Below are positions 1 through 12,671 of a stretch of DNA of 64,000 bases, piece after piece. The DNA is from Lama glama (Eukaryota). Each line of letters opens with the position of its first letter. Position 1 is the stretch's first letter. A program made the translations under genes and the position numbers. The stretch is from contig CM052817.1 in NCBI GenBank assembly GCA_028534125.1, forward strand, positions 95,172,001-95,236,000, given 5' to 3'. The notes beneath the pieces were generated by a model. It had not been told where the DNA came from. It did no database searches and saw nothing but the letters and a program-made list of their open reading frames with translations.

Positions 1-42
1 CGGGTTGCTACTCGGAGAAGCTGACTGACTGACTGCTGAGCT
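1..42 (-). CDS. OTUD4: OTUD4 exon 15 (partial, runs off the window)
   Basis: Poly-T tract then ttaaag|AGC; SSAVSQSASPSSNP continues the frame after FPALS. Confidence 0.9.
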
Positions 43-1797
43 CTTTAAAAAAAAAAACAAAACCCAACACTTTGTGCTAAAGATTTACCCACAAATACAC
101 GAACAAAAGTCTTCTAGTTAATCTTACTCATAAAACATCTGACTGAAAATCTCAAAATTCACAGCCTTGTTGTTTATACTTCCAAAACCACAAAAAACAG
201 GACCTAGGGTTCATATCATATACTCTGTAAATTGGCTTATTAGGCAATCAGACACTCGGCCTAAACTAGAAATAAGACTTCTTCAAGTCACCATGTTTCA
301 GGAAGCCACCCTGACCAAACCTTCAGCCTGCGACTTACCCTCCATTCTCACAAAGAACAGCACCCTCCACACCAGCCTTCACAGGCAGCCCTCGCACAGC
401 CACAGTCCTTGGTGGGGAAAAAGCCCCAAGTGCAAACTGGCAGTGCCCTACAGGGCACTAGGACTCCTATTGCTGAAATGCTACTGACCGTCAGCAAATC
501 ACCCAAGCTCTGGTGCAACACAGGGACTGGAGTGAGGCAGGCTGTTCGGCTGAACTATCACTGCAGGTCCCTTCCTCTTTAACACTCTCCGGGTAAACGC
601 TGCACGCGGCTGAGAAAAGAACCTCAGCCCTCTGTGCCGGGAGTTTTCCGAAGACAAACCTGAGTCACTGTCAAGTCCAAGACAGGATCAAACGCCTATC
701 TAAAAACAGTGAGTTATGAAGGCTCCATTTTAACAATCAAAAAATCTCAGGATTTATTTCAACATTACAGTTGTTTCATTCACTAAATGAAAAAAGGATA
801 TAAAGCTATGAGTAGAAGCTTAAATGCTTTGTAATTTTTATTATCTAAATATAATGGGAAAATAACCTATATCACAGAGAAAAGTATACTTAAAATACAG
901 GCCATGCCTAATTCACATATGGATTTGGGCACTTTTTCCAGTAACTCCTTAGCTCTAACCTCTGTGCCAGCTGTTTTCAACTGAGCATCTCACACCTCTG
1001 AAGGATTCCAGAGACCAGAGGACAGAGAACTGGGTGTGGGGGCACTTTAATGTTTTATACTGGTAAACTGGGTAGCCCCCTGAAACATTCAATTCTGTTT
1101 GCTCAATCCACTGTTAAGAAAGTGTTCCAACCACCACTCTGCATCTCAGGTCACTTGGTTCCACTTACCAATACATCTAAGACCACAGGCACAGGACTCC
1201 CAGCACCCCAACCCGAATTAATTACCTTGCCCTGTGCTGCCAATGACCCCTCCTCACAGAGCACTTACGTCACTCTACACGAGGACTGTTCTCCCTTCTG
1301 ACTCCCGTAAAAGGAATCAGAAACCTAAAGGGAGAGAACACTTATCTCACCAGAGAAGCATCCCTCAGCCCAGGCCTGCCACCCGGACAAGGGCAGCGCC
1401 ACAGGACGGCATGGACCACCGTCCCCGCCAGTGCCCGTGCTGTCCTGTCTGCACGTGTGAGGCTGCTCTTCCTGGGCCCTGGTATGCTTAGTAAGGAACA
1501 CTGAAAACGAGTTTCCTGATTTTGCAGACATACCTTATTAAATGAATTGTGAAACTCCAATGCTCGTTACTGTCTCTCGCAAAAAACAAACGAGTTTCAG
1601 TTCAAAAGTAAATACTAAACTTGAAGTGAGATAACCAGTTCACTTGCCTCAACTCTGCCACAACTAGTAATAACCTTAGACCGGATCGTCCTCGTGAAAA
1701 TGAAAAGAGGGGCAACTGCACGATCTTCAAGGCGTCTTTCAACTCAGGGAGACTTCTGAAGGATAATGTTTAAATTAAAACCCTTTTATATACATAC

Positions 1798-1960
1798 GGA
1801 AAGGGCCGGGAAAGCCTGTTCATCTCTGTTCTGAATTTCATAGAGTAACCGAGATTCCTCTATAGCTTGTTTCTCTCTGCGCTCTTCCGGAGAGAGGCCG
1901 AAATAGTTAGATTCTCGAATCGTGGGGTCAAAATCCTCCGCTCTCTCACGATCAGGTTTT
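1798..1960 (-). CDS. OTUD4: OTUD4 exon 14
   Basis: tgacag|A..TCC|gtatgt; 163 nt; KPDRERAEDFDPTIRESNYFGLSPEERREKQAIEESRLLYEIQNRDEQAFPALS. Confidence 0.95.
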
Positions 1961-4331
1961 CTGTCAAATAAAATATTCTTGTCACACACAAAAAAAAACC
2001 CAAAATGCATAGAGTTCCTAAAAAGAAAAAATGTATTAGGTACCTAAAAATTGTTTTTAAAACTTTTTTGCAATACAATATTTGACACAGTAACATTATA
2101 GAACTTCTGGCTGCCTGATTAATTAATTTTCAGCAAACGGCAGCACCTGGAGCACTAGGCTACATTTCACAGTCAAGAAAATATACTTACAATGGGGGGA
2201 AGGCGTGGGGGAAGGAAAAAAAAAGGAGAAAAACAACTCATTTCCAAGTGATACAGAAATCAGAGAGTTTTTTTTCTTTTCATGAGGGCATAAATGTAAG
2301 CACTATATATATTTTCTTTATGCCATTCTCCAGGACTTTCACAAGAATTCTCTTTCAAAGGAAAGGGAAAGTTACTAGTTTAGGCCTCAAAAGCATCCTC
2401 ATTTTCCATTCTAAGTAAAGGGCAATGTTCAAAGGAGACACCAGGACCACCCTCTTCCTTTTTAAAGACAGTACCATGGGAAACTGAAACCTGAAAAGAA
2501 GAAGAAACGTACCAGGCTAGCTACTAATTGCCCAGATAAAATTACTGTCATTTCAATATAATTTTGGTTAAAGAAGAATGACAAGAAGTTCACGAATAGA
2601 GTTTAGTCACCTGTAACGCAACCCTGATTTTTTTTAAGGCTTGTAACTATTATAGGCAACATGAGCACTATATTTCTACCATGTCTCACAGTTCCACAGC
2701 AGTGGGAAATGAAAATCCAAAACCTACAGGAAAAATATATTGTCACAATACAAGAGAGAATTCCAATGGGGCAGATGGAAACCCCAGAGTACTGGGGGGA
2801 ATAAACAGGGGAGCAAACCTGGACCCTCAATCTTAGACCAGTCCTTCCCAAACCCCAATGGTGGGAGACTCCAAAGACGACTCAGCAAGTGCCAGCAGTG
2901 TCTGGAAAGTTAACACTCCCTCCCCAATGTGCCCCACCACCCAAAGGTGCCTACCGCTCCTCACCCGCCAGAGCCAAATCCTTCCCACCTGTGTCTACCT
3001 AGAGAGCACAGACACCACCACCACTCTCAGCACCCGCATAATGAAAGCACGCATGGAATCCTGCTTGGTTTCGGTCATTATTTTGTTTCCTTTTCTCCAA
3101 AAAGACAGTATCAGTGCGGATATCAATGAGAAAGAAATGAAAAAATGAGAGGTCAAGAAGGGCTCACGCCCAACATTACAGCTCTTTCATTCTGTAGTAA
3201 GAATTCAAAATTGATGTGTTAGATATTAGAAATGAAGCCAAGATGAATTCTAATGGTCTTAAACAATTGGGGGTATTAGCTGCACAATTCTAAATTTTGA
3301 CTAAAACTTTTTAAAATCTTACTTTAAATATTCAGTCAGTAGTCTCTAAATGTGTTTGAATACACTAGTCAAATCCATGCTCACACCCACAGTGTGGAGT
3401 AAGCACAACCAGGTTCTATGGAGTCTGTCACAAGGTCAGAAATTCTCCAAAGCTTCACGTCTACGTACTATCCACTGCCTCCTGCCGTCCAGTGCCTTAA
3501 TACACCAGGTCGTATACAGCCACCACGGAAACGAGAAAAGGATCACATCTGTCTGCTACTCCAATTCCTAACAGACTGGATGCAATACTAGAAACACACT
3601 GGATATAAATGCAGTTTGTGGTAAACAAAAGTGTATTTAAATTAGCCATTTAGTAATCTGTATTTTGTTTCTTAAAACTTTAAGACACTAAAGAGCATCC
3701 TTGTGTTCAAGAGAAAAAAATGCTTTTCTAGCCTATTTAAAAAATGAGAATTTTATTTTAAGAAAAAAATCTCATTTTTGTCTATGACCTTTCTACATTT
3801 ACTTCAAATTTTTAGGTTTCCAAAGTTAATATTCATAATAAATTATTCCTCTTAGATACTTTGCCTGTACTGGATAAGCTACCACCAGATGCTAGTGGAG
3901 TCTGGTCAATGTCCAAACATCAGACTTTAGCCACAACTAGCTGATTTACAACATAATTCTGTGTGCTGCATGTGCCAAGACCCTGAATCCTCTGTACCCA
4001 GGCTGTACTCAGGGTTGTTTGTGGTGGCCAGCCTTGACGGATGAGGTCATCCTTTCTTCTGACTGATGTTTAATCACTTGTTCTCATTAGAACTTTCAGA
4101 AAACTGGATTATGAACACACATGTGTTTTTTACACATATATGAAGTATCCCAGGCAAGGATACAGAAGAATCTGTTAAAACACTGGATGCCTCTGCAGAA
4201 GGAAACGATACCTCTGGCAAAACAGAGATAGGAAGGAATTACCAGAATAAACTGAATGTTTTGAATTTTAAACAGTATCAATTAATTTCCTACCCTAAAT
4301 AGTTTGTTCAATAAAAAAGAAAAATGTAATC

Positions 4332-4722
4332 TGTTATAAACTGAATGTTCAAGTCTTGACCCCAGGTATCTGTGCGGACTTTACTTTTATGTAGGGTCCT
4401 TGCAGAAGCAACCACACTAAGATGAGGTCATCCTGGAGCAGGGTGGGCCCTAAGTCCACCGTGACTGACACAGACACGCAAGGAGAACAGCACATGACAA
4501 CGGGGACAAAGACTGGAGTCGTGCACCTACATACAAGCCAGGGAACGCCAAGGACTGCAGACAACAGCAAAAGCAGGGGAGGGGACAGACTCTTCCCCAG
4601 AGCCTTCAGAGAGCACGGCCCTGCTGACACCTTGACCGCAAACATACAGTCTCCAGAACTGCGAGAGAATAATGCCTGCTGTTTTACGCCAGTCGTAGTA
4701 CCCCAGAAACCTAGGAAACTAC
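4332..4722 (+). mobile_element. MaLR solo LTR (MLT1B/C-like)
   Basis: Hallmarks such as aagatgaggtcat..gggtgggccctaa and gagccttcagagagcacggccctgctgacaccttga..ctccagaactg.gaga.aata. Confidence 0.8.
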
Positions 4723-5438
4723 ACCACACTGGTAACACGTCAGCCTAAGAACCTACAACTTTGTCTTGAAGATGTAACATAAACTATCCTTAAAAACAAA
4801 ATGTTAAATACACTCCCAAGAAAGGGGAATGCCCACATGCCAGAAATAAAGGAACTAAAAACCGGAGCTTGGCAAGTTCCAACTATTGAGACAACTGGGG
4901 AGAGGGAGCCTGGATGGGAAGGTACTGGTCACAGTAACCCAGGAGGCCTCCAGCACCCACAGGAGACACGGCCAAGCCTGCATGAATTACACCAACCTAC
5001 AGCCTCATTCAGTGTTAAGACACATTACCACAAACAATCCAGACTTACGAAAACAAAGTAAACCAACCACTCAGGTTAGTTTACGTTCCTTTATGAAGGG
5101 GAACATCCTCACTTTGCAAGGAATTAGGAATACAATTTGGAATTCAGTCTTTAACACACTACAAGCCACCAGAAAACTTACTAAGTGCCAGGATAAGGTC
5201 TAGGATAAAAGCTCCTAAATCATTTGAAAAAAATTATTCAAAAATAAAGATAGAGATGGCTTACCCTTCAAAATTCCTCTAATTTGTTTAAAGAGAATGA
5301 CAAAGAACTGAAATCTTCACATGGTACTTCATCAACAATACTTTTAACACTGATGCTACAGACAAGTATATGAACAAAGAGTTGTAACTAAACACATGTA
5401 ACAAGGCAAATAAAAGAAAAGCTCCTCACTTAATTTCT

Positions 5439-5562
5439 TTTTATTTTTCTTTTTTAGGTGGGGGAGGTAATTAGGTTTACTTACTCATTTTTTAATGGAG
5501 GTACTGGGGATGGAACCCAGGACCTCAGGCAGGCACTCTGCCACTGAGCTCTACCTTCCCCA
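5439..5562 (-). mobile_element. tRNA-derived SINE (camelid vic-1-like)
   Basis: A-box/B-box head (agctcagtgg; gggttccatcccc), A-rich tail, TSD cctca(c/g)ttaatttct at 5424-5438 and 5563-5577. Confidence 0.85.
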
Positions 5563-5603
5563 CCTCAGTTAATTTCTCATTGTCTTGCATTCAAGAAGGG
5601 TAC

Positions 5604-5790
5604 CTTATGATCTGTGAGGGTGTCCTGCTCAAACTTCTGTGCTCGCTGGCAGGCTTCTGAGGCTGCGACCCTGCGGGGTGGCTGGAGGCAGCGTGCGGTC
5701 TCACCCCCGAAGGGTGCTGCAGCCGAGGAGGTAGTGCGGCCGGGGCTTTCGTTGGCTTGCTTGGGGTCTTTGGCCCTCTGTAATCAATGT
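5604..5790 (-). CDS. OTUD4: OTUD4 exon 13
   Basis: tcacag|AC..AG|gtaccc; 187 nt; DIDYRGPKTPSKPTKAPAALPPRLQHPSGVRP...RTPSQII(R); preceded by a 101-nt intron. Confidence 0.94.
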
Positions 5791-5891
5791 CTGTGACAAG
5801 AAGCCAAAAATATCTCATCGTTTTCCTATTATGACCACCCCAAGTACTTATCACCCCTTTCCCAAGAAACAGTAACTTGATGTGCTCCTAC

Positions 5892-5992
5892 CAGAATGGA
5901 AATTTTGTCCGGAAGGAAGTTTTTTCATCTTCTTCCCTGACACTGTGTTCCAGCTTTCTGAGGGAGGTGGTTTGAGGTTCTTCGGTGAGTGT
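5892..5992 (-). CDS. OTUD4: OTUD4 exon 12
   Basis: ttaaag|A..G|gtagga; 101 nt; HSPKNLKPPPSESWNTVSGKKMKKLPSGQNFHS. Confidence 0.94.
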
Positions 5993-7032
5993 CTTTAAAA
6001 TGAAATAAATAAACTTGCAGTAATTTAAAGTACTCCAGTAAGAATACCCACTTAAGTACAGTGCATACTTAAGAAAATATTTTTTCAATTTACATAAAAA
6101 AGAATTCCCAGTTTTAGTTCTTATATAAAAAACAAACTAAAGTACAAAGCATTTAGCAATCCAAATGTAATTCTAATCAAATAAGGTGTCGCACAGCAAA
6201 AGCATATTTTCTAACCTAAAAGAACAGAAGACTAAACGGCCATAATCACAATCTAAGCACAAAATTAAATAAACGGGAGATTATTATCCATTAGACATGA
6301 CGACAGGACTGCAGCCAAGATGGGGGAGGGAGGAGTCCTTTCTGTGTTATCTACGCGTCTACAAGAAATGGTGTGATGTCTGGGATACGCTTGCAAAAAT
6401 TCCAATTTCATTCCCATTTTTTTTTAAGGGTTAGGCAGAAGAGATTAGAAAAGACCGCCAAACCACTATTTGCTGCTAAAATAGAGTGACAGTCACACTA
6501 GGGTTCACTGCAATGTCCTCCTTACATGTGTGTATGTCTGAAATTTTCCATAGTGAAGTCTAGGTATGATCTACTACCCTTTCCTCTAATAAAGGCAGCA
6601 GTAGCTGAAACAAAAGTTGCTCTAAAGTAACACTGCTTAACAGAAAGCGCTTTACTCCTCCTCCTGACAATCATTTACTAAAAACTACAGGCAGGGCAGC
6701 AATGAACGAAATTAGAAATGAGTATGGTCTCTGTCCTCCAAAGCTCCTACTTTATAGTTACAACAGAATCAATTTCCCAAATTGCCTTTGAGAAGAATGG
6801 CACACTTTAAACAGTATGCAACAAATACTTTTATTTAAAATATGTTAAGGCACAAACCACTAAATCTGTACTCAAACTAGTTTTCCAAAAGATCTAAACA
6901 AATATATTTTCTATACACTGGCAGTATCTTTAACTGAATTTGCAAATACACAGGGCCATTTAGAAATGCTCTTGATTACATGAGGCTAAATGGAAGAGAC
7001 CGTGAATGCCTTAGCTGAAGAGCAATACATAC

Positions 7033-7127
7033 TTCTTTCCAAGTTCCTCGACCAAAACTGGTCCGTTCTCAGAGTGAACCCCTTGAAAGTCTGAATTAGG
7101 AAATTTTCCATTGTGATCCAACCTCAC
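7033..7127 (-). CDS. OTUD4: OTUD4 exon 11
   Basis: caacag|GTG..AA|gtatgt; 95 nt; VRLDHNGKFPNSDFQGVHSENGPVLVEELGK(K). Confidence 0.95.
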
Positions 7128-7374
7128 CTGTTGAACAATTGCACAAAGAAAAATCAGTCACCTGATTCTTTCGCATTAATGATCAGTTTCCAAATTGTTA
7201 TTTCATTTTCAACCAAAGAGAAAATGAACATACATTGTTGAAAGCAAAACTAAGTTCAAAAGGGTGCCTGATATTATCTCTGACCTCCGTGACCTATGTA
7301 CCTCTATCAATACTACTTTGGTTTACTCTTTCAAACTTTTTCTAAATTGTCCTGGCTCTGAAGGCAGGCTGTGG

Positions 7375-7600
7375 CCCCACAAACACCAGGATTCCAGGCC
7401 CGGCGTTTCTTCTTACCAGCAATATGACCTTGAGCAAGTTCCTCATGTCATGCTTCAGTGTCCTCAGATACAAGATGGGACTAATAATAGTACCTACATC
7501 AGAGGACCCACGGAGATGGAGTGAGGTACATATGACACATATAACGGACACCAGCTTGCAAACGGCAACAACTCCACAAAGGAGGGCGACTATTATTAAA
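7375..7600 (+). mobile_element. MIR SINE
   Basis: MIR core tgaccttgagcaagtt..cttcagtgtcctca..gatgggactaataatagtacctac. Confidence 0.7.
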
Positions 7601-7861
7601 ATTCCTATTGTCATCTCATTTTTCCAATATTTAAATATTTTAACACGTAACTGTGACCTTTTTTCTCCTTACAGATAGGTCCATCATCTCTTCTCTAACA
7701 TACAGCTGGTTACTACACAATAGCAAATCATCAAGACAGAAGAATAAGCCTTTGGGTTTCCTATAGTCAAAGGGCACACACAGAACAGCGCACTGCCAGT
7801 CACTGCACTAGGAGCCCAATGTATGCAGCCCTGTCTGAAGTAACCTCCTATTTTATCCATA

Positions 7862-8002
7862 CAGTCTCCCTTGGAATCCGTGGGGGACCGGGTTCCAGGA
7901 CCCCTGAAAATACCACAACTCCCCGGGTACTCGAGTGCCTGACGTAAAATGGCCCAGCACGCTCGGCCCTCCACGTCCGCCGGCGCGGAGGACGGCCAAC
8001 TG
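7862..8002 (+). mobile_element. MER2-like Tigger MITE
   Basis: cagt...actg termini after TA; atccgtggggga..ggttccaggacccc..atacca. Confidence 0.7.
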
Positions 8003-8892
8003 CAGATGACGGCCCTCAAGCGGAGCTTTCACTCTTCATCAGCCACAGCAGGACCCTGCCTTCCTCTCTTCAACAGTTTTACTATAAAAAAATTTTTCTG
8101 AAGCTAATTTTTATTAAAAGTTTAAACTACACTTTACATGCTTGAGTAAATAAAAGTCACCTTTGAGTCACAACAGACTCCTAATAAAATTTCAATTAAC
8201 TTTTATCCAAGTGAAATAGTCAAGTAGTAGAAATAGAAACAAAATACTCTAAAAAGGAAAAAATTAAAACAAGTATCTGCTTAATCATCTACCTTATACA
8301 GCATCTGTTTTATAGAAGCAATTGCAACCTGAAAGGAAATACACCTGATTTAAAGTAATGAGTAACACACTTTCAGCGATGCAGCATAAATAAGCAAACT
8401 TCTCTTCCCTACTAAGCAGGGAGAGGGACGGAGGGGAACCGCAAGCCCTGGATTTACTCATCTCTCTTCTTCTCTTCCAAGTTTCCCAAATCAATATAGT
8501 AAAAGACCACGCAATTCTGTTCTGTGACTAGAGCACATTTCTGACAATCCTGTAGGGAAGAACCTAAATGAATCATACCCTCTTCTTCCTGTCCTTTCAA
8601 CTACCCCAGAATCAGAACACTATTAAAGCTTTTAAGGTAAAGCCAGTCACGGAAACCCCAGATATAAGCCTGGTCAATCAGAGACTTTCCACAGACCACT
8701 TTATCACAGAGGAAATGAGTGTTTCCTCCCCAAGTCAAGAAGAAATGTTTGTCAATGGCTATTTTAAAATAGTTTTTAAAAGATAACATTTTTTGAGGGA
8801 AACCATTTTTGATGAAAATTCTCTTATAAATAACAATATTTTTGTGTGTGGGGAGGGTTGTTCTTGTTTTAGAAAGAGTAATATTTTTTCAT

Positions 8893-9089
8893 AAAAGTTT
8901 CTCTAGTCTTGGCATTACTGATACTTTAGACCAGGTAATTCTTTGCCAGGGCGGGGGGGTGGGGGTGGTGGTCCTGTCCCAGCCTCTACCCACCAAAACA
9001 GCATCTTCCCAGCTGTAACAAAAAAAATGCCCACAGACACTGCCAAGTGGGAGGCAGGGGTACAAAATCACACGAAGTGAGAAGCGCTG
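8893..9089 (-). mobile_element. MER20 (hAT-Charlie MITE)
   Basis: Reverse-complement similarity to the copy at 14022-14236. Confidence 0.65.
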
Positions 9090-9557
9090 ACCTAACGCAG
9101 CTTTCCCCTGTAACACCCAGCTGCTTCAGTCCGGAGCAGTAGCTTATTCAAAGGCAATGGCAAAGCTCTTTATTATTCACTTCCCTTTCTCAGTCCAACA
9201 AAAATATTATGTTTTTATCAAAACCTTCCAGAATGACTTACATATACCAAACTGATCTATAATGTCAATTTCAGTAAATTATTTGCCAACTGTGATGAAA
9301 AATCTAAAAACCTAAAATGTTATTTGTTACTCCTTTGAAGCAAGTGGTATCAAAGACTGAACTGTTTTACAGACCATGTGATGGGATGCCATGGTTTTAG
9401 ATGCATATGGTTTTGGTAATGCATTCAAAAGCTATATATTTCTAACTATTAAAACGTTTACATGATAAAATGCAGTCTGAAATTCCAAATTAACAACACA
9501 TACAAACTTGGGCAAGACTTCAAGTAAAATATTTTCTTCCTCTATATAATCACTTAC

Positions 9558-9622
9558 TTGGCATTTATCTCCAACTTCATACTGTAAGCCAGCAGCAATG
9601 GAATAATCATGTTTTTGTTGAG
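9558..9622 (-). CDS. OTUD4: OTUD4 exon 10 (start of Tudor-like region)
   Basis: ttacag|CT..CAA|gtaagt; 65 nt; AQQKHDYSIAAGLQYEVGDKCQ; preceded by a 94-nt intron. Confidence 0.95.
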
Positions 9623-9716
9623 CTGTAAACAATATCAGTACAGTATCAAGTTGACTTAATCATTTTCAAATACCACAAAGCAAATTTATGGAAAATACAC
9701 AGATTTTTAAACTCAC

Positions 9717-9834
9717 CTTGTTTAGACTTCAGCCAAATTTCATATTCCACATTTCTATAGACTGCTGGATTGAGTGACTTAAGAACCTTTCTAGACAAAG
9801 GAAGGCTAGGAGAGTTCCCATTGTTTTTCGGGTG
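9717..9834 (-). CDS. OTUD4: OTUD4 exon 9
   Basis: atttag|CAC..G|gtgagt; 118 nt; HPKNNGNSPSLPLSRKVLKSLNPAVYRNVEYEIWLKSKQ. Confidence 0.95.
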
Positions 9835-10075
9835 CTAAATAAACAAAGCCAGGAAGTCCAATGAACACAGAAATGCTCTTAAAACATGTCTGAGATACGT
9901 ATAAGAGTAAAATCAAATAAAGAAGTAAACTTTAAAAATTAGGAAGTCACCAAAAAAAGTCTTACTAGTAGATGATCCTGACTCTATTGAAAATGTACCA
10001 GAAAAGAGAAAAAAAAATTAAATTCATATGCTTCTTATATTGAAGAACTAGTTAAAACCATTTAAAAAAAAATAC

Positions 10076-10133
10076 CTGATCATTTGACAAAGCTTTAAAT
10101 CCATTCACATCATTAGCAGTGGTAGCTGTACTC
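10076..10133 (-). CDS. OTUD4: OTUD4 exon 8
   Basis: ttgtag|G..CAG|gtattt; 58 nt; STATTANDVNGFKALSNDQ; phase fits both neighbours. Confidence 0.92.
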
Positions 10134-11884
10134 CTACAAAAGAAGCATAGCCATCATTAGGAGTACAAAAATGTTTGCACGCAATTACCTTATTCTAACC
10201 TCACATAAAAAATCTCAAAGTCAGAGTTATATTCCAAAAAGTCACAGCTATATTCCAATGAGCTCAAACAAGTTTAGAATAAGTGAGCATATATACACGT
10301 ACATGTGTGTATGTGTATATGTATATATGTCAAAGAATTTTACCAGTAATTCTTACTGACTCAATCATCAAAAAGACAAAAACACAAAAAATATGAAATT
10401 TGGGGGAGCAGAATCAACGAATGTATGAAACATTCAATGTAAAAATTTCCTTTCAAAATATAGATGAGGCTCCACTGAACAAAATACTTCACTACAACAG
10501 GATAAGACAATCTAGTGAGAATAGACACAAACTAAGTAAGTAATCAGTATGGAAAACGCTGATAAGTGCTTTAGGGGGAAAAAGATAGGAAAAACAGTGT
10601 TGAGACTTAGGCTAAAAAAAAAAAAAAGGATGAGCAAAGGACTTGCTGAGATGTCTTTCTAAATAAAGATTTAAAGGTGATGGGACAGCAAACCATATGG
10701 CTGCTGCAAGCAGAGGGGACAGGAGATGCAAGGACCTTGGGGAAGCCAAGAGGCTGGTGAGGCTGGTCAGAGTGATGGCAGGTCGAGTGGGTGATGAGGT
10801 GAGAGGTTACCTACAGTCTTCCGTCCTACAATTCCTCCTCATTAATAAATCAATCTCTAGTCTTCAGGACAATCTCCAAACCTATACCCTTAAATGCAGC
10901 AATATGTAAGAGACCCCAAGTATCTAGAGTCTAGACTAAAGAGCACCCTAACTTTCAAAACTTCAGGACTGACCAATATGAATGTGAAAAGAATCCAGGC
11001 ACAAGAGCACAGCGACATCCCGGGTCTTTCCTCCTTGTTACCACACGTGTGCCTACCTATCCTGCCATGATCAGGCAGCATTCTTCCCTAACTGAAGTTC
11101 TGTCTTCCCCAAGCCAGCCACAACACAAGTAAAAAGAAATCTTAATAATGCAGTGAAAAGTTAATTTAAAAGGCTTCCACGTTCCAAGGGCCACAATAAC
11201 GCAATATAAAAAGGAAAACAGCATTACAATGAGCTCAGCATCCCTGATAAACTTCTCCAACTTACTAGCCTCTACTCCACACTACACCCACCTCAGCTGC
11301 CAGCTGCCAGCTGCCATCCCAGACCCAACTGTTGCTAAAACTATCAGGAGCAGCAACCAAAGGGCGTGTGCTGGAAGTGCCGCCACACCAAATAAAGGTA
11401 ATAAGTTAAAACAAGCTAGTCACTCATTCTTTCTCCCAACTTCCCCTATGTTCAATGACTTGCCTTAATCATACCAGGTGCCTGGAGAAAACCACTGAGC
11501 AGAATTTCCATCTGCACAAAGTTAATTAGGCGATTCTAGCATTAAATTTACAAGGGCAGATCCTAATTTTAATCTAACTGACTCATTTCTTTCTTACAAA
11601 GAAATGGTAGTCAATCAAATTTTTAATCAGGATCAGAAAAATTTAATTCAACAAATGCTTGGAATTACAGATGTAAGAAGATATATTTAAGCATTTAATA
11701 AAGAATTAGATATCCTAAGGCTCCATTTCATTTTTCTCTAGTTTCACAGTATGTAACACCAAATTGATACTTTCATACTCTCATACAGGAGGAGTAACAC
11801 ACTTTTAGCTTCAGTGAGAATGGAATAGGTCGGTTTTCGTAAAACAGAGAGTAAATTTAACATGGTTGATAAAAACTAAAAACT

Positions 11885-12120
11885 AACGCATGCTGGACAT
11901 GCTATCTAGGAACTAGGCTGTGCACTGTACATGTTATCTCATTTAATTCTCACAGATTCTCCACTTTAAAGAAATACTAATATATCCTCATTTTATAGGT
12001 ATAGAATTGAGATTTCTTAGTGAATTTAAGTAACTTGTGCCAAGTGCAGTTAGCTGCCAGGAAGCCAGGACTGAAACCAGGTTAGGATGTCCACAGCCCA
12101 AGCTCTTACCCACCACCCTA
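11885..12120 (-). mobile_element. MIR SINE
   Basis: atctcatttaattctcac..cattttatag...aattgaga..aagtaacttg..caag. Confidence 0.7.
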
Positions 12121-12671
12121 TACGTCTTGTGCGGAAAAGAAAAATAAGCTTCAGAGACTTTAAGGTAAAAGGTGCTTATTCACAACCTAAACAAAGGCAT
12201 CATCCAGAGCTACTCACATACTTACACTCCAGCTTGGGTTTATTATTATATAAAAAGAAAAAGAAGAGGCATTAAGAAAGAAAATAATAAAAGAAAGTCA
12301 AGGAAATCAAAATGCCCAGTTTTTCTATCACTGGCTATGTAAGCAATTGACAGGCTAATTTTAAAATTTTATTAATACACACACGTATAGGTAGGACCAA
12401 ATCTATTCCACAGATATATATATACACATCCAGGTTACACAGAAATAGATCCTTAGCAACAATAAAAAAAAATAAACTTCCAAAAGAAACAGCCTCATAA
12501 TAGAAATTAGGTAAAATTAGTGGCAGGGAAGGAACCTGCTACTGCAGACTGCTGTGTTTCAGAAGCACCGTAATACCTCAGTACGTGAGGCAACTCCATG
12601 CAGAAACAAGTACCGAACTGTTTCTTGGTATGGCACTAGAAAGATATTTTAGGACTGAAATTCATTCTTAC

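Noticed and set aside
2191..2490. Strong-looking acceptor (ttcttcttcttttcag at 2491) and donor (gtaagt at 2190) in intron 13
   Set aside because: The 300-nt interval has an early in-frame stop and no exon-like composition. Isolated splice-like sites are common.
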